In this document: positions 52,326 to 61,621 of the stretch, piece by piece | How positions within the stretch are numbered: position 1 is the stretch's first letter | How the letters are laid out: every line of letters begins with the position of its first letter | Source: Gemmatimonadota bacterium | GTDB taxonomy: Bacteria > Gemmatimonadota > Gemmatimonadetes > Longimicrobiales > RSA9 | DNA length: 64,000 nt | Reading direction: 5' to 3' | Assembly: GCA_040882575.1 (NCBI GenBank) | Contig: JBBEBA010000053.1 | Coordinates: 25,534-89,533 of the forward strand | Made by a program: the position numbers and the translations under genes | Notes under the pieces: generated by a model | What the model saw: only the letters and a program-made list of their open reading frames with translations | The model's database searches: none | Told to the model about the DNA's origin: nothing

Positions 52326-53687
52326 ATGAGTTTGCCCAGGGTGCTCATCGCAGACGATGAGCGGCACATCGCCGAAGGCCTGCAGATGCTGCTCGCCGAG
52401 GAGGGCTACGACGTCGAGACGGCCACGGATGGCAGCAAGGCGTGGGAGAAGGTTTCCTCCGGCGAGTTCGGGCTCGTGCTGGCCGACCTGAAAATGCCGA
52501 AGCTCGACGGCCTCGAGCTGTTCGCGATGATGCGCGATGCCGGCATCGAGAGCGAGATCATCATCATCACCGGCAAGGGCACCGTCGCGACCGCCGTCGA
52601 AGCCATGCGCTACGGTGCCTACGACTACATGACGAAGCCGCTCGACCTGGAACGACTGAAGGCGCTGATCCCGAAGGCGCTCGACAAGTATCAGGTCAAG
52701 ACGGCCAATCGCATGCTGCAGAAGCGGCTCGAGAGCCTGAGCCGCTACGGCGACATGTTGGGCCAGTCGGAATCGATGGTGCGCATCTACAACATCATCG
52801 AGGCCGTCGCGCCGTCGTCGGCGAGCGTGCTCATCGCCGGCGAGAGCGGCACCGGCAAGGAACTCGTCGCGCGGGCGCTGCACAACAAATCGAGTCGCGG
52901 GAAGGGTCCGTTCGTCGCCCTGAACTGTGGTGCGTTCCCGCGCGAGATCCTGGAGAACGAGCTGTTCGGCCACGAGAAGGGTGCATTCACCGGTGCGATC
53001 AACGAGAAGCCGGGCGCATTCGAGCAGGCGGACGGCGGCACGCTGTTCCTGGACGAAGTCGCAGAGATGGAGCCGGACATACAGGTCAAGTTCCTGCGTG
53101 CGCTGGAGCAGCGCTCGTTCCGGCGGCTGGGCGGCAAGAAGGAAGTCAACGTGGACATCCGGGTGGTGGCCGCGACGAACAAGAACATCGAGGATGCGCT
53201 GAGGGAAGGGAAGCTGCGCGACGACCTGTATCACCGCCTGGCCGTGGTGCCGGTGTACCTGCCGCCGCTGCGGGAGCGCGAGGGCGACGTGCGGCTCCTG
53301 GCCGAGGAGTTCCTGCGCCGGTTCGCTGATGAGCAGGGCAAGCCGATCCGCGGCCTGGGCGAAGGCGCAATCGAGTACATCACGACTTACCGCTGGCCGG
53401 GCAACGTGCGCGAGCTGAAGAACTCCATCGAGCGCGCGGTCATCCTGGCCAAGGGCGACACCATCGAGGTCGCCGACATGCTGCCCCGTCACCTCGCATA
53501 TGACGAGAACGAGGTGCATATTACGGTAGGAACGTCGCTCGAGGAGTCGGAGCGGCAGGTCACGCTGAAGACGTTCGCGTTCACGGCCGGTGACCACCGG
53601 AAGACCGCGACCATCCTCGGCGTCTCGCAGAAGACGCTGAAGCTGAAGCTGCAGCAGTACGTCAACGACAAGGTCGCCGCCGGCTGA
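52326..53687 (+). CDS. Sigma-54-dependent response regulator (NtrC family)
   Basis: 453 aa. The receiver is VLIADDE...LVLADLKMPKLDG. The AAA+ domain has GESGTGKE and the GAFTGA loop. The C-terminal HTH is KTATILGVSQKTLKLKL. Confidence 0.92.
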   Translation: MSLPRVLIADDERHIAEGLQMLLAEEGYDVETATDGSKAWEKVSSGEFGLVLADLKMPKLDGLELFAMMRDAGIESEIIIITGKGTVATAVEAMRYGAYDYMTKPLDLERLKALIPKALDKYQVKTANRMLQKRLESLSRYGDMLGQSESMVRIYNIIEAVAPSSASVLIAGESGTGKELVARALHNKSSRGKGPFVALNCGAFPREILENELFGHEKGAFTGAINEKPGAFEQADGGTLFLDEVAEMEPDIQVKFLRALEQRSFRRLGGKKEVNVDIRVVAATNKNIEDALREGKLRDDLYHRLAVVPVYLPPLREREGDVRLLAEEFLRRFADEQGKPIRGLGEGAIEYITTYRWPGNVRELKNSIERAVILAKGDTIEVADMLPRHLAYDENEVHITVGTSLEESERQVTLKTFAFTAGDHRKTATILGVSQKTLKLKLQQYVNDKVAAG

Positions 53688-53718
53688 TCGGCGGCGCGAG
53701 TCCTCCGGGAGAGAAAAC

Positions 53719-54174
53719 ATGGCCGATCACGACGACATGCCCTACATCGTCATCGAACGTCGCTCCGGTGGCGCCGGCGCATTCCTCTGGGGCGCGCTGA
53801 TCGGTGCGGGCGCCGCACTGCTGCTCGCGCCCCGATCAGGCCGCCAGACGCGCGACGAGATCCGTGCGAGCGCGCTCCGCCTGCGCGATCGCGCGGAGGA
53901 TGCCGTGCGCGAAGTGACGGACTCGGTGAGTGAGACGATCGGCGGCGTGCGCGGCGAGGTGCAGGGGCGGCTCGACACCGCACGCGATGCGTTCGAGGCC
54001 GGCCGCCGCGCTGCGCGCGAGACGCGCCGCGAGATGGAAGGCCGCGTTCGTGAGGTACGCGCGGGCGTGCAGGGCGGCGTGGATGCCGCGCGTCGTCGCA
54101 CCATCGACGATGACGACAGCACTCCGCCCGCCCAGGCTCCGTCGCCGGACATCGACGCAGATCTCGGCATCTGA
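53719..54174 (+). CDS. YtxH-domain protein
   Basis: 151 aa: FLWGALIGAGAALLLAPRSGRQTRDEI, followed by a helical Arg/Glu-rich region. Confidence 0.7.
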   Translation: MADHDDMPYIVIERRSGGAGAFLWGALIGAGAALLLAPRSGRQTRDEIRASALRLRDRAEDAVREVTDSVSETIGGVRGEVQGRLDTARDAFEAGRRAARETRREMEGRVREVRAGVQGGVDAARRRTIDDDDSTPPAQAPSPDIDADLGI

Positions 54175-54206
54175 GCACTGTCGCACCGAACGCGCTGCGA
54201 CCGCTC

Positions 54207-55079
54207 GTGCGGTTCCGTCATGCGGCCGGCGACTTCCTGCGGCGCGTCTGGCATAAGGCCGACCAGGACCAGATCTTCTTCATGGCCGGCGCGATCGCGT
54301 TCAATGTGCTCGTCGCCATCGTGCCGCTCGCGATTGCCGCAGTCGGTGTCGCCGGCTTCTTCCTGCTGCAGACCGGTGACCCGGCCGGTCCGGTCGTCGA
54401 CTACCTGCTGAGTGTGCTGCCGCCCGTCAGCGCCGAGTTCAGGTTGGAGATGGAGGGTCACCTCAATGCCTTCATCGAGCAGGCGACGGGTCTATTCACC
54501 ATTGGTACTCTGATCTTCGCGTGGCTCGCCACCCGCCTCATAGGCACGCTCCGCAGTGCGCTCCGCGAAATCTTCGACATCCAGCAGGACCGCGGCATCA
54601 TCGCCGGCAAGCTGTTCGATCTGCAGATGGTGTTCATTGCCGGCACGCTGCTGTCCCTGAACATCGCGATCACCGTCTTGCTCGAGGTCGCCGCCCGGCA
54701 GGGACTCGCATTCGTGCAGTTCGGCGACCGGCAGGAGAGCTGGGCGCTGAACATGTTCGGCACCACGCTCGCGTTCCTCACGATCTGGTCGATGTTCATA
54801 CTCATCTACCGCTACCTGCCAGCCCGCCGCATCCAGTGGCGGACCGCACTCATCTCAGCCAGCTTCACGGCGGTGATGTTCGAGCTGATGAAGTACGGCT
54901 TCGCCTGGTATTTCGCGACGTATTCCGGCTACAGCTCGACCTACGAGAGCCTCGCGAGCATCGCGATCGTCGTCATCTACGTCTACTACATGGCGATTGC
55001 GTTCATCCTCGGCGGCGAAGTCGGCCAGGTCTACTCGCTGCATCGCATCCGCCGCCGCCAGAAGGAGCGGCTCGTGTGA
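54207..55079 (+). CDS. YihY/BrkB-family membrane protein
   Basis: 290 aa with a GTG start. FFMAGAIAFNVLVAIVPL is present, with about six TM helices and a conserved-looking C-terminus, YYMAIAFILGGEV. Confidence 0.8.
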   Translation: MRFRHAAGDFLRRVWHKADQDQIFFMAGAIAFNVLVAIVPLAIAAVGVAGFFLLQTGDPAGPVVDYLLSVLPPVSAEFRLEMEGHLNAFIEQATGLFTIGTLIFAWLATRLIGTLRSALREIFDIQQDRGIIAGKLFDLQMVFIAGTLLSLNIAITVLLEVAARQGLAFVQFGDRQESWALNMFGTTLAFLTIWSMFILIYRYLPARRIQWRTALISASFTAVMFELMKYGFAWYFATYSGYSSTYESLASIAIVVIYVYYMAIAFILGGEVGQVYSLHRIRRRQKERLV

Positions 55080-55179
55080 CCGGCTCGCCGCGAGACGTCC
55101 CCGGCTGCGCCCCGCGCCTGCGAGCGGTACCGCGCTCACTCCCTGTCCGGCTGCCGCCACCTTCATTAGCTTTCCGCAC

Positions 55180-55629
55180 ATGTCCACGAAGACCGTAGCA
55201 CGCAACAGAAAAGCGACGCACGAGTATCATATCATCGATACGTACGAGGCCGGCATCGTGCTCGCCGGCCCCGAGGTGAAGAGCATTCGCGGCGGCAGGG
55301 TCAGCCTCGCCGAGGCTTTCGCACGGATCGAGGGCATGGAAGCCATTCTCTACGGCATGCACGTCACACCGTACGATCCTGCGAGCCGGTGGAACGTCGA
55401 TCCGACGCGACCGCGCAAGCTGCTGCTGAATCGGCGCGAGATACGCCGTCTCATCGGTGCGACGCAGCAGGAGGGTTTCACGCTGGTGCCGCTCGAGCTG
55501 TATCTCAAGGATGGTTTTGTCAAGCTTGCGCTGGCTCTGGGTCAGGGCAAGAAGCGGTTCGACAAACGCGAGGACATGAAGCGCCGTGATGCAGATCGCG
55601 AGATCCAGCGGGCTCTGCGCCGCGACTGA
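55180..55629 (+). CDS. smpB: SsrA-binding protein
   Basis: Starts at the ATG at 55180: VARNRKATHEYHIIDTYEAGIVLAGPEVKSIR...RKLLLNRREI...KKRFDKRED. Confidence 0.93.
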   Translation: MSTKTVARNRKATHEYHIIDTYEAGIVLAGPEVKSIRGGRVSLAEAFARIEGMEAILYGMHVTPYDPASRWNVDPTRPRKLLLNRREIRRLIGATQQEGFTLVPLELYLKDGFVKLALALGQGKKRFDKREDMKRRDADREIQRALRRD

Positions 55630-56845
55630 CGCAGCTCGGCCGCGACGCCGTGGTCGTGTGCTGCTCGTCGTGCTCGCCGTCGTCTGCCTGCGCGCGACCA
55701 GCCTGCACGCGCAGGACCCGCTGCTGCGCATCGATGGCGCGGTGTCCGCGGCCATCGACGGTGCACGTGTCGGTGAAGCGGCCGCGTTCCCCGCACAGAG
55801 TCTCGAGCTGCTCGGCTTCGACGTGACTTCCGATGCCACGGGCCTGACAGCCGTGCTCGGTGCCGACACGATCCGCTTCTGGACGACGTCTCCGTTCTTC
55901 GTCGCCGGCAGCACTCTGCATCAGCTGGCTCTCGCCGTCGGACGCGCAGACGGCGATGCGCAGATTCCCGAGCAGTTCTTCATCCGCTGGCTGCCCTCTG
56001 CGTACCCGGAATTGTTCGCCTACCGCGGCGGCAGCCTCCTCGTTAGTCGCGCGCCGGCGATTGTCGCCGCTCGCGCACCGGCGTCCGTCACCGATCCTGC
56101 CGTCGCGGCGCGGACCGCCGCGCGGCGCGAGGCGGCGCGGACACGCACGGTCGTGATCGACGCCGGCCACGGCGGCCGTGACCCCGGCAAGATTGCGCCC
56201 GGCGGGCTGCGGGAAAAGGATGTCACGCTCACCATCTCGAAGCGGCTGGCGAGTGCGCTTCGTGCGCGCGGCTACGAGGTCTTCCTGACGCGCACGACCG
56301 ACACGCTGATCGCGCTCGGCGACCGGCCCCGCATGGCCAACGAATGGCGTGGCGAGCGCCCTGTCGCCGTGTTCCTCTCGATCCATGCGAACGCGTTCAG
56401 GCTGTCGTCCGCGACGGGCTTCGAGACATTCATCCTCTCCGAGGCACGCACCGAGGATGAGCGTCGCGTCGCGGAGATGGAAAACGAGTCGGTTCGCTTC
56501 GAGGATACGCCCGTCGCGCCTGCCGCTGGCGGGCTCGATCAGATCCTGACCAGCCTGCGCAGCGATTTCCTGATCCGCGCGTCGCACGATCTCGCCACGG
56601 CCGTCCAGGACAACATCGCCAGCTTCCACCCGGGTCCGAACCGCGGCGTCAAGCGAGGCGGCCTGATCGTGCTCATCGGCGCCATCATGCCGGCAGTGCT
56701 GATCGAGGTCGGCTTCCTGTCGAACCCGGCCGAGGCGCGCCTGCTCGGCACGCCGACGTTCCACCAGCAGGTTACGGACGGGATCGCCGATGCCGTCGAT
56801 CAGTTCTTCGCACGCAATGAACATCTCTGGGTTCAGGATCCGTGA
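55586..56845 (+). CDS. N-acetylmuramoyl-L-alanine amidase (Amidase_3), second copy
   Basis: VVIDAGHGGRDPG, FLSIHANAF and LIEVGFLSNPAEA are present. The start is uncertain: ATG 55586 overlaps smpB by 44 nt, and an alternative GTG lies at 55658. Confidence 0.8.
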   Translation: MMQIARSSGLCAATDAARPRRRGRVLLVVLAVVCLRATSLHAQDPLLRIDGAVSAAIDGARVGEAAAFPAQSLELLGFDVTSDATGLTAVLGADTIRFWTTSPFFVAGSTLHQLALAVGRADGDAQIPEQFFIRWLPSAYPELFAYRGGSLLVSRAPAIVAARAPASVTDPAVAARTAARREAARTRTVVIDAGHGGRDPGKIAPGGLREKDVTLTISKRLASALRARGYEVFLTRTTDTLIALGDRPRMANEWRGERPVAVFLSIHANAFRLSSATGFETFILSEARTEDERRVAEMENESVRFEDTPVAPAAGGLDQILTSLRSDFLIRASHDLATAVQDNIASFHPGPNRGVKRGGLIVLIGAIMPAVLIEVGFLSNPAEARLLGTPTFHQQVTDGIADAVDQFFARNEHLWVQDP

Positions 56846-57759
56846 ACCTCTCCCAGACTCTGCTCGGCGTCGAGTTCCAGAACCCGGTATTGCTGGCCAG
56901 CGGAACCTGCGGCTACGGCTCGGAGCTCGACAGTTTCTTCGACATCGATCAGCTCGGCGGTCTCGTGATCAAGGCGGTCACCGCGGACGCGCGCGCCGGC
57001 AACCCGGCGCCGCGCGTCGCCGAGTTCGCGGCCGGCATGATGAACTCCGTCGGCCTCGCCAACCCCGGTCCCGATGTGGTGCTCGCCGAAAAACTTCCCT
57101 GGCTCGCGGCGCGCATGCGGCGCGGCCGCGTGCTCGTCAACGTCGCCGGTCGTTCCGCCGCGGAGTATGGCGAAATCATCAGCCGGCTCGATGCCGCCGA
57201 CGGCTTCCACGCCTACGAGCTGAACGTATCCTGCCCCAACGTGAAGGAGGGCGGCGCCATCATTGCCACTCGCGAGGATCTGCTGGCCGATGCCGTCCGC
57301 GCCGCGCGCGCCGCCACCCGGCGGCCGCTCGTCGTCAAGCTCGCGCCGAACGTGCCCGACATCGGCCGCATGGCCGAGCTGTGCGTCGCCGAGGGCGCTG
57401 ACGGCCTTACCCTCGTCAACACCATGCCCGGTCTGCTGTTCGATACCGGAACACGGCGGCCGGTGCTCGGCGCGGGTACCGGCGGCGTCAGCGGCACGGC
57501 GCTGCTGCCCATCGGGGTGCATGCCGTCTGGCAGGCTCGCCGTCGCGTCTCTGTCCCGATCATCGGCGTCGGCGGCATACGGGCGGCGGAGGATGCGGTA
57601 CAGTATCTTCTCGCCGGTGCGAGCCTGATCCAGGTCGGCACCGCCAGTTTCTCGGACCCTCGCGCCGCACTGCGTGTACTCTCTGGACTGGAGCGCTGGG
57701 GCACCGCGCATCACATAACGAGCATCACGGAGATCGTGGGGAGCGGCCTCTTCGACTGA
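56842..57759 (+). CDS. pyrD: Dihydroorotate dehydrogenase, class 1 type
   Basis: 305 aa with a GTG start: NPVLLASGTCGYG, ELNVSCPNV, VKLAPNV, GGVSG, GVGGI. Confidence 0.9.
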   Translation: MNLSQTLLGVEFQNPVLLASGTCGYGSELDSFFDIDQLGGLVIKAVTADARAGNPAPRVAEFAAGMMNSVGLANPGPDVVLAEKLPWLAARMRRGRVLVNVAGRSAAEYGEIISRLDAADGFHAYELNVSCPNVKEGGAIIATREDLLADAVRAARAATRRPLVVKLAPNVPDIGRMAELCVAEGADGLTLVNTMPGLLFDTGTRRPVLGAGTGGVSGTALLPIGVHAVWQARRRVSVPIIGVGGIRAAEDAVQYLLAGASLIQVGTASFSDPRAALRVLSGLERWGTAHHITSITEIVGSGLFD

Positions 57760-57775
57760 GGCTGCGCATACCGGT

Positions 57776-58480
57776 ATGGCTGAAATCATCATTGCACTCG
57801 ACCTGTCCTCGAGCGAAGAGGCACTCGGCCTCGTCGACCGCCTCGGCGATGCCGCCGATTTCTACAAGGTCGGCTCTCCGCTCTTCACGCGCGCCGGGCC
57901 GCCCCTCGTGCGCGCGCTCCGCGATCGCGGCAGGCGGGTGTTCCTCGACCTGAAGTACCACGACATCCCCAGCACTGTCGCCAGTGCAGTGGCCGCCGCT
58001 GCTGAACTGCGGGTGGACCTGATCACGCTGCACGCGTCCGGCGGCGAAGCGATGATGCGCGCCGCGCGCGCGGAGGTCGGCGCCGATGGCCCGCGCCTGC
58101 TGGGCGTCACGATCCTCACTTCGTTCTCGGCAGTGGACGTCGAGCAGGTCTGGAACAAGGAGATTCTCTCCGTCCGCGATGAAGTCTCACGGCTCGCCGG
58201 CATCGCGCTCGCCGCTGGGCTGCACGGCGTCGTGACGTCGCCACTCGAGGTCGAGGCGCTCAAGCGCAGGCACGGCCCCGACATGATCGTCGTCACGCCT
58301 GGCATCCGGCCGGCCGGCGACGGCCTCGGCGACCAGGCGCGCACGGCCACACCGGCCGACGCCGCGCGCGCAGGCGCCGACTTCCTCGTCATCGGGCGCC
58401 CCATCCTGGCTGCGGCCGATCCCGTCGCGCTCGTTTCTTCCATCCGCCGCGAGATCACGGCCGTACGGGAGGTTGCGTGA
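57776..58480 (+). CDS. pyrF: Orotidine 5'-phosphate decarboxylase
   Basis: 234 aa: IIALDL, FYKVG, FLDLKYHDIP, ITLHASGG, VTPGIRP, VIGRPI. Confidence 0.9.
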   Translation: MAEIIIALDLSSSEEALGLVDRLGDAADFYKVGSPLFTRAGPPLVRALRDRGRRVFLDLKYHDIPSTVASAVAAAAELRVDLITLHASGGEAMMRAARAEVGADGPRLLGVTILTSFSAVDVEQVWNKEILSVRDEVSRLAGIALAAGLHGVVTSPLEVEALKRRHGPDMIVVTPGIRPAGDGLGDQARTATPADAARAGADFLVIGRPILAAADPVALVSSIRREITAVREVA

Positions 58481-58932
58481 GCCGCGGCTTCAGCCGCGTG
58501 CGCCGCGCGCTGCTCGCCGCCGCAATACTGATTATCGGCATGGCGTGCACGACCGGTGCCGTGCGCGCGCAGCAGCTCGAGCAGACCCTCGAGCGTGTCG
58601 CCAGGGGCCTGGAGCGCGGCGATGCGGATGCGATCAGCAGACTCGGCGCCCGCGCCGGCATCTCGCTCGACATCGACGGCAACTCTGTCGGTCCACTGGG
58701 GCCGCGCCAGGCGTCCGCCGTGCTGCGCCGGCTGTTCGGCGCTCGCGAGACCATTGCCGTACGAACCACACTCGTGCGCCGCGTCGGCGGCGAGCCGCAG
58801 CGCGCCTTCGCCGAGATCACCTGGAACGCTCGTGCACGTGGCACCACCGTGCCCGAGCAGGCCAAGTTCTTCGTCGCCTTCGTCGAAGAGGACGCGCGCT
58901 GGCAGGTGACCGAGATCCGTCTGCTGCGATGA
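58477..58932 (+). CDS. Exported hypothetical protein (SnoaL/DUF4783-like by eye)
   Basis: 151 aa with a GTG start overlapping the pyrF stop. It has a signal/lipobox-like N-terminus (LLAAAILIIGMAC). Confidence 0.5.
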   Translation: MSRGFSRVRRALLAAAILIIGMACTTGAVRAQQLEQTLERVARGLERGDADAISRLGARAGISLDIDGNSVGPLGPRQASAVLRRLFGARETIAVRTTLVRRVGGEPQRAFAEITWNARARGTTVPEQAKFFVAFVEEDARWQVTEIRLLR

Positions 58933-59867
58933 GCCTGCTCCTGCAGCAGGACACTGTCGACGCTGTCATTGGAGGGATCGGCTGGCGCGAGCTGCTCGTC
59001 TGGGAAAGCCTCCTGCAGAAGCTGGTCCGCATCGCCGTCGTCATTATCTTCGCGATCGTCGGCTACCGCCTCCTCCGCTCGCTCATCACCCGCCTCGTCG
59101 ACCGCGAGCTCGACGACGAGGATCCGCTCGTCCGACGCGTGCGCGAGCAGCGCGCCCGCACCCTCGCCAGCTTGCTCGGCAATGCGGCGCTCATCGCGAT
59201 CGTCGTCATCGTCGCGCTCACCATCCTCGACATCCTGCTCACCGACATCGGGCCGATCCTCGCCTCCTTCGGCATCCTCGGCCTCGCTTTCTCGTTCGGT
59301 GCACAGTCACTCGTCAAGGACGTCATCAGCGGCACCTTCATGCTGATGGAGGGACAGTTCGGCATCGGCGATGTGGTCCGCATTGCGGACGTCTCCGGAA
59401 TGGTCGAGAAAGTGACGCTGCGTACGACCGTGCTGCGCGACGTGGAGGGCATCGTTCACATCATCCCGAACGGCAGCATAACGCGCGTCAGCAACCTGAC
59501 GAAGGCCTGGTCACGCACCGTGCTGAACATCGGTGTTGCGTACAAGGAAGACATAGATCGCGTGATCGCAGTCCTGCGCGATGTATGCGCCGAGCTGCGC
59601 GTGGACCCGGAGTGGGGTGGACTGCTCCTCGAGGATCCGGAGGTCCCGGGGATCGAGGATCTCGCCGACTCCGCAGTCGTGATCCGCGTCGTCGCGAAGA
59701 CGCTGCCGCTCAGGCAGTGGGATGTTGCTCGCGAGCTGCGCCGCAGGATCAAGAACCGGTTCGATCTCGAGGGCATCGAGATCCCGTTCCCGCATACCAC
59801 GTTCTATTGGGGCGGGGCACAGGCGCTGGCGCCCGCCCAGGCGACGACTGCATCCACGAGTGACTGA
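58929..59867 (+). CDS. Small-conductance mechanosensitive channel (MscS family)
   Basis: The ATG at 58929 overlaps the upstream stop (ATGA). AFSFGAQSLVKDVISGTFMLMEGQFGIGDVV and VHIIPNGSIT are present. Confidence 0.85.
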   Translation: MSLLLQQDTVDAVIGGIGWRELLVWESLLQKLVRIAVVIIFAIVGYRLLRSLITRLVDRELDDEDPLVRRVREQRARTLASLLGNAALIAIVVIVALTILDILLTDIGPILASFGILGLAFSFGAQSLVKDVISGTFMLMEGQFGIGDVVRIADVSGMVEKVTLRTTVLRDVEGIVHIIPNGSITRVSNLTKAWSRTVLNIGVAYKEDIDRVIAVLRDVCAELRVDPEWGGLLLEDPEVPGIEDLADSAVVIRVVAKTLPLRQWDVARELRRRIKNRFDLEGIEIPFPHTTFYWGGAQALAPAQATTASTSD

Positions 59868-59874
59868 GCCGCCC

Positions 59875-61329
59875 ATGCCTCTCCGCCTGCACAACACGCT
59901 TACCCGACGCCTCGAGACCTTCGAGCCGATCGCGCCGCCGCGCGTCGGCATCTACGCCTGCGGACCCACGGTCTACCGACCGCCCCACATCGGCAACTTC
60001 CGCACGTTCGTCTTCAACGACCTGCTCCACCGGTTCCTCGAGTGGAAGGGGTTCGAGGTGACTCTCGTCACCAACCTCACGGATGTCGAAGACAAGATCA
60101 TCGCCGATGCCGCCAGCCGCGGCGTCCATATCGGCGAAGTGACGCGACCGATGATCGCCGCGTTCTTCCGCGACCTCGCTACACTCGCCGTTCAGCCGGC
60201 TGACGCGTACCCGCGCGCGACCCTCCACATCCGCGAGATGGTGGACCTCATCGGCCGCCTGATCGAACGCGGCCACGCCTACACCGCACCCGACGGCTCC
60301 GTCTACTTCGACATCTCTTCCTTCCCAGCGTACGGCCGTCTCGCCCGCATCGAGGCCGGCGCCATCCGCGACGGCGCCGGTCTCGCCACCCGTCAGGGAG
60401 GCATCGATGCCGACGAGTACGAGAAGGCCGACGCCCGCGACTTCGCCCTGTGGAAGGGCTCGAAGGACGCGGACCGTCGCGCCGGCGCCGCCTGGGATAC
60501 GCCCTGGGGCGAGGGCCGGCCAGGCTGGCACATCGAGTGCTCCGCCATGAGCATGGCTGCCCTGGGCACCACCTTCGACATCCATACCGGCGGCGAGGAC
60601 CTCGTATTCCCGCACCACGAGGATGAGATCGCCCAGTCGGAGGGCGCCACCGGACAGCCCTTCGTCAGGACCTGGTTGCATGTGAAGCACCTGCTCGTCA
60701 ACGGCGAGAAGATGTCGAAGTCGAAAGGGAACGACTACACGATCGAGCAGCTGCGCGAACGCGGCCACGCCGCTTCAGCCATCCGCTTCCTCCTCATCAG
60801 CGCGCAGTATCGCAACGAGCTGAACTTCGCGTTCGAGGGCCTCGACAATGCGCGCGGCGCCATCCAGCGGCTGCTCGACTTCGAACGCCGTCTCGGCGAC
60901 GCACCCACGCGCGCGGACGCGCCCCTGTCCCGCCTGCACCAGATCGCTGACCGTGCGCTCCGCGACTTCGAGTCCGCGCTCGACGACGACCTCAACACGC
61001 CCAATGCCCTTGCCGCGCTCTTCAACTTCGTTCGCGAGTCCAACGCCGAGCTCGATCGCGAGGTGGGCGTCGCTGCCGCTGCCGTTCAGGCCTCCCGCGA
61101 CGCCCTGAACCGCATGGATACCGTGCTCGGTATCCTCGAGCTCGCCCGCGTCGAAAGCGCCGCTGTGGACGCCGACCTCGTCGTCTGGGTCGAGGACAGG
61201 ATCCTCCAGCGTCAGCTCGCCCGCGGCCGCCGTGACTTCGATGCCGCCGACCGGATCCGCGACGAACTGACCACCGCCGGCATCATCGTCGAGGATACTC
61301 CGCTCGGCGCCCGGTGGAAAAGACAATAG
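59875..61329 (+). CDS. cysS: Cysteine--tRNA ligase
   Basis: Starts at the ATG at 59875 within ORF 59722..61329. CGPTVYRPPHIGN (HIGH), WHIECSAM and KMSKSKGN are present. Confidence 0.93.
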   Translation: MPLRLHNTLTRRLETFEPIAPPRVGIYACGPTVYRPPHIGNFRTFVFNDLLHRFLEWKGFEVTLVTNLTDVEDKIIADAASRGVHIGEVTRPMIAAFFRDLATLAVQPADAYPRATLHIREMVDLIGRLIERGHAYTAPDGSVYFDISSFPAYGRLARIEAGAIRDGAGLATRQGGIDADEYEKADARDFALWKGSKDADRRAGAAWDTPWGEGRPGWHIECSAMSMAALGTTFDIHTGGEDLVFPHHEDEIAQSEGATGQPFVRTWLHVKHLLVNGEKMSKSKGNDYTIEQLRERGHAASAIRFLLISAQYRNELNFAFEGLDNARGAIQRLLDFERRLGDAPTRADAPLSRLHQIADRALRDFESALDDDLNTPNALAALFNFVRESNAELDREVGVAAAAVQASRDALNRMDTVLGILELARVESAAVDADLVVWVEDRILQRQLARGRRDFDAADRIRDELTTAGIIVEDTPLGARWKRQ

Positions 61330-61621
61330 CTCCGCCGGTGTTCCGTCCCGTTCGACCCGGCCGTCGCGTCCATCTTGCGGGCGGCCGCCCGCCATTGCAT
61401 ACTTTATCCGACCTGTCAGGATCGATGTGTCTCACGCGTTCCTGCCTAGTACAGTCGTCCGACCTTCCGCCAGCGATACCTGAACCGACTGGAGGCCGCG
61501 CATGACCCGCGCGGTTGTCGCAGTGATCCTTCCGGACTCGAGCGCATGTCCCCGCGCTGTCGTGTACCGCCCTTCCGCGATCCGCGAAAGTGGTCCCCAC
61601 CCCAATCCTAGGAGGTCTGGG

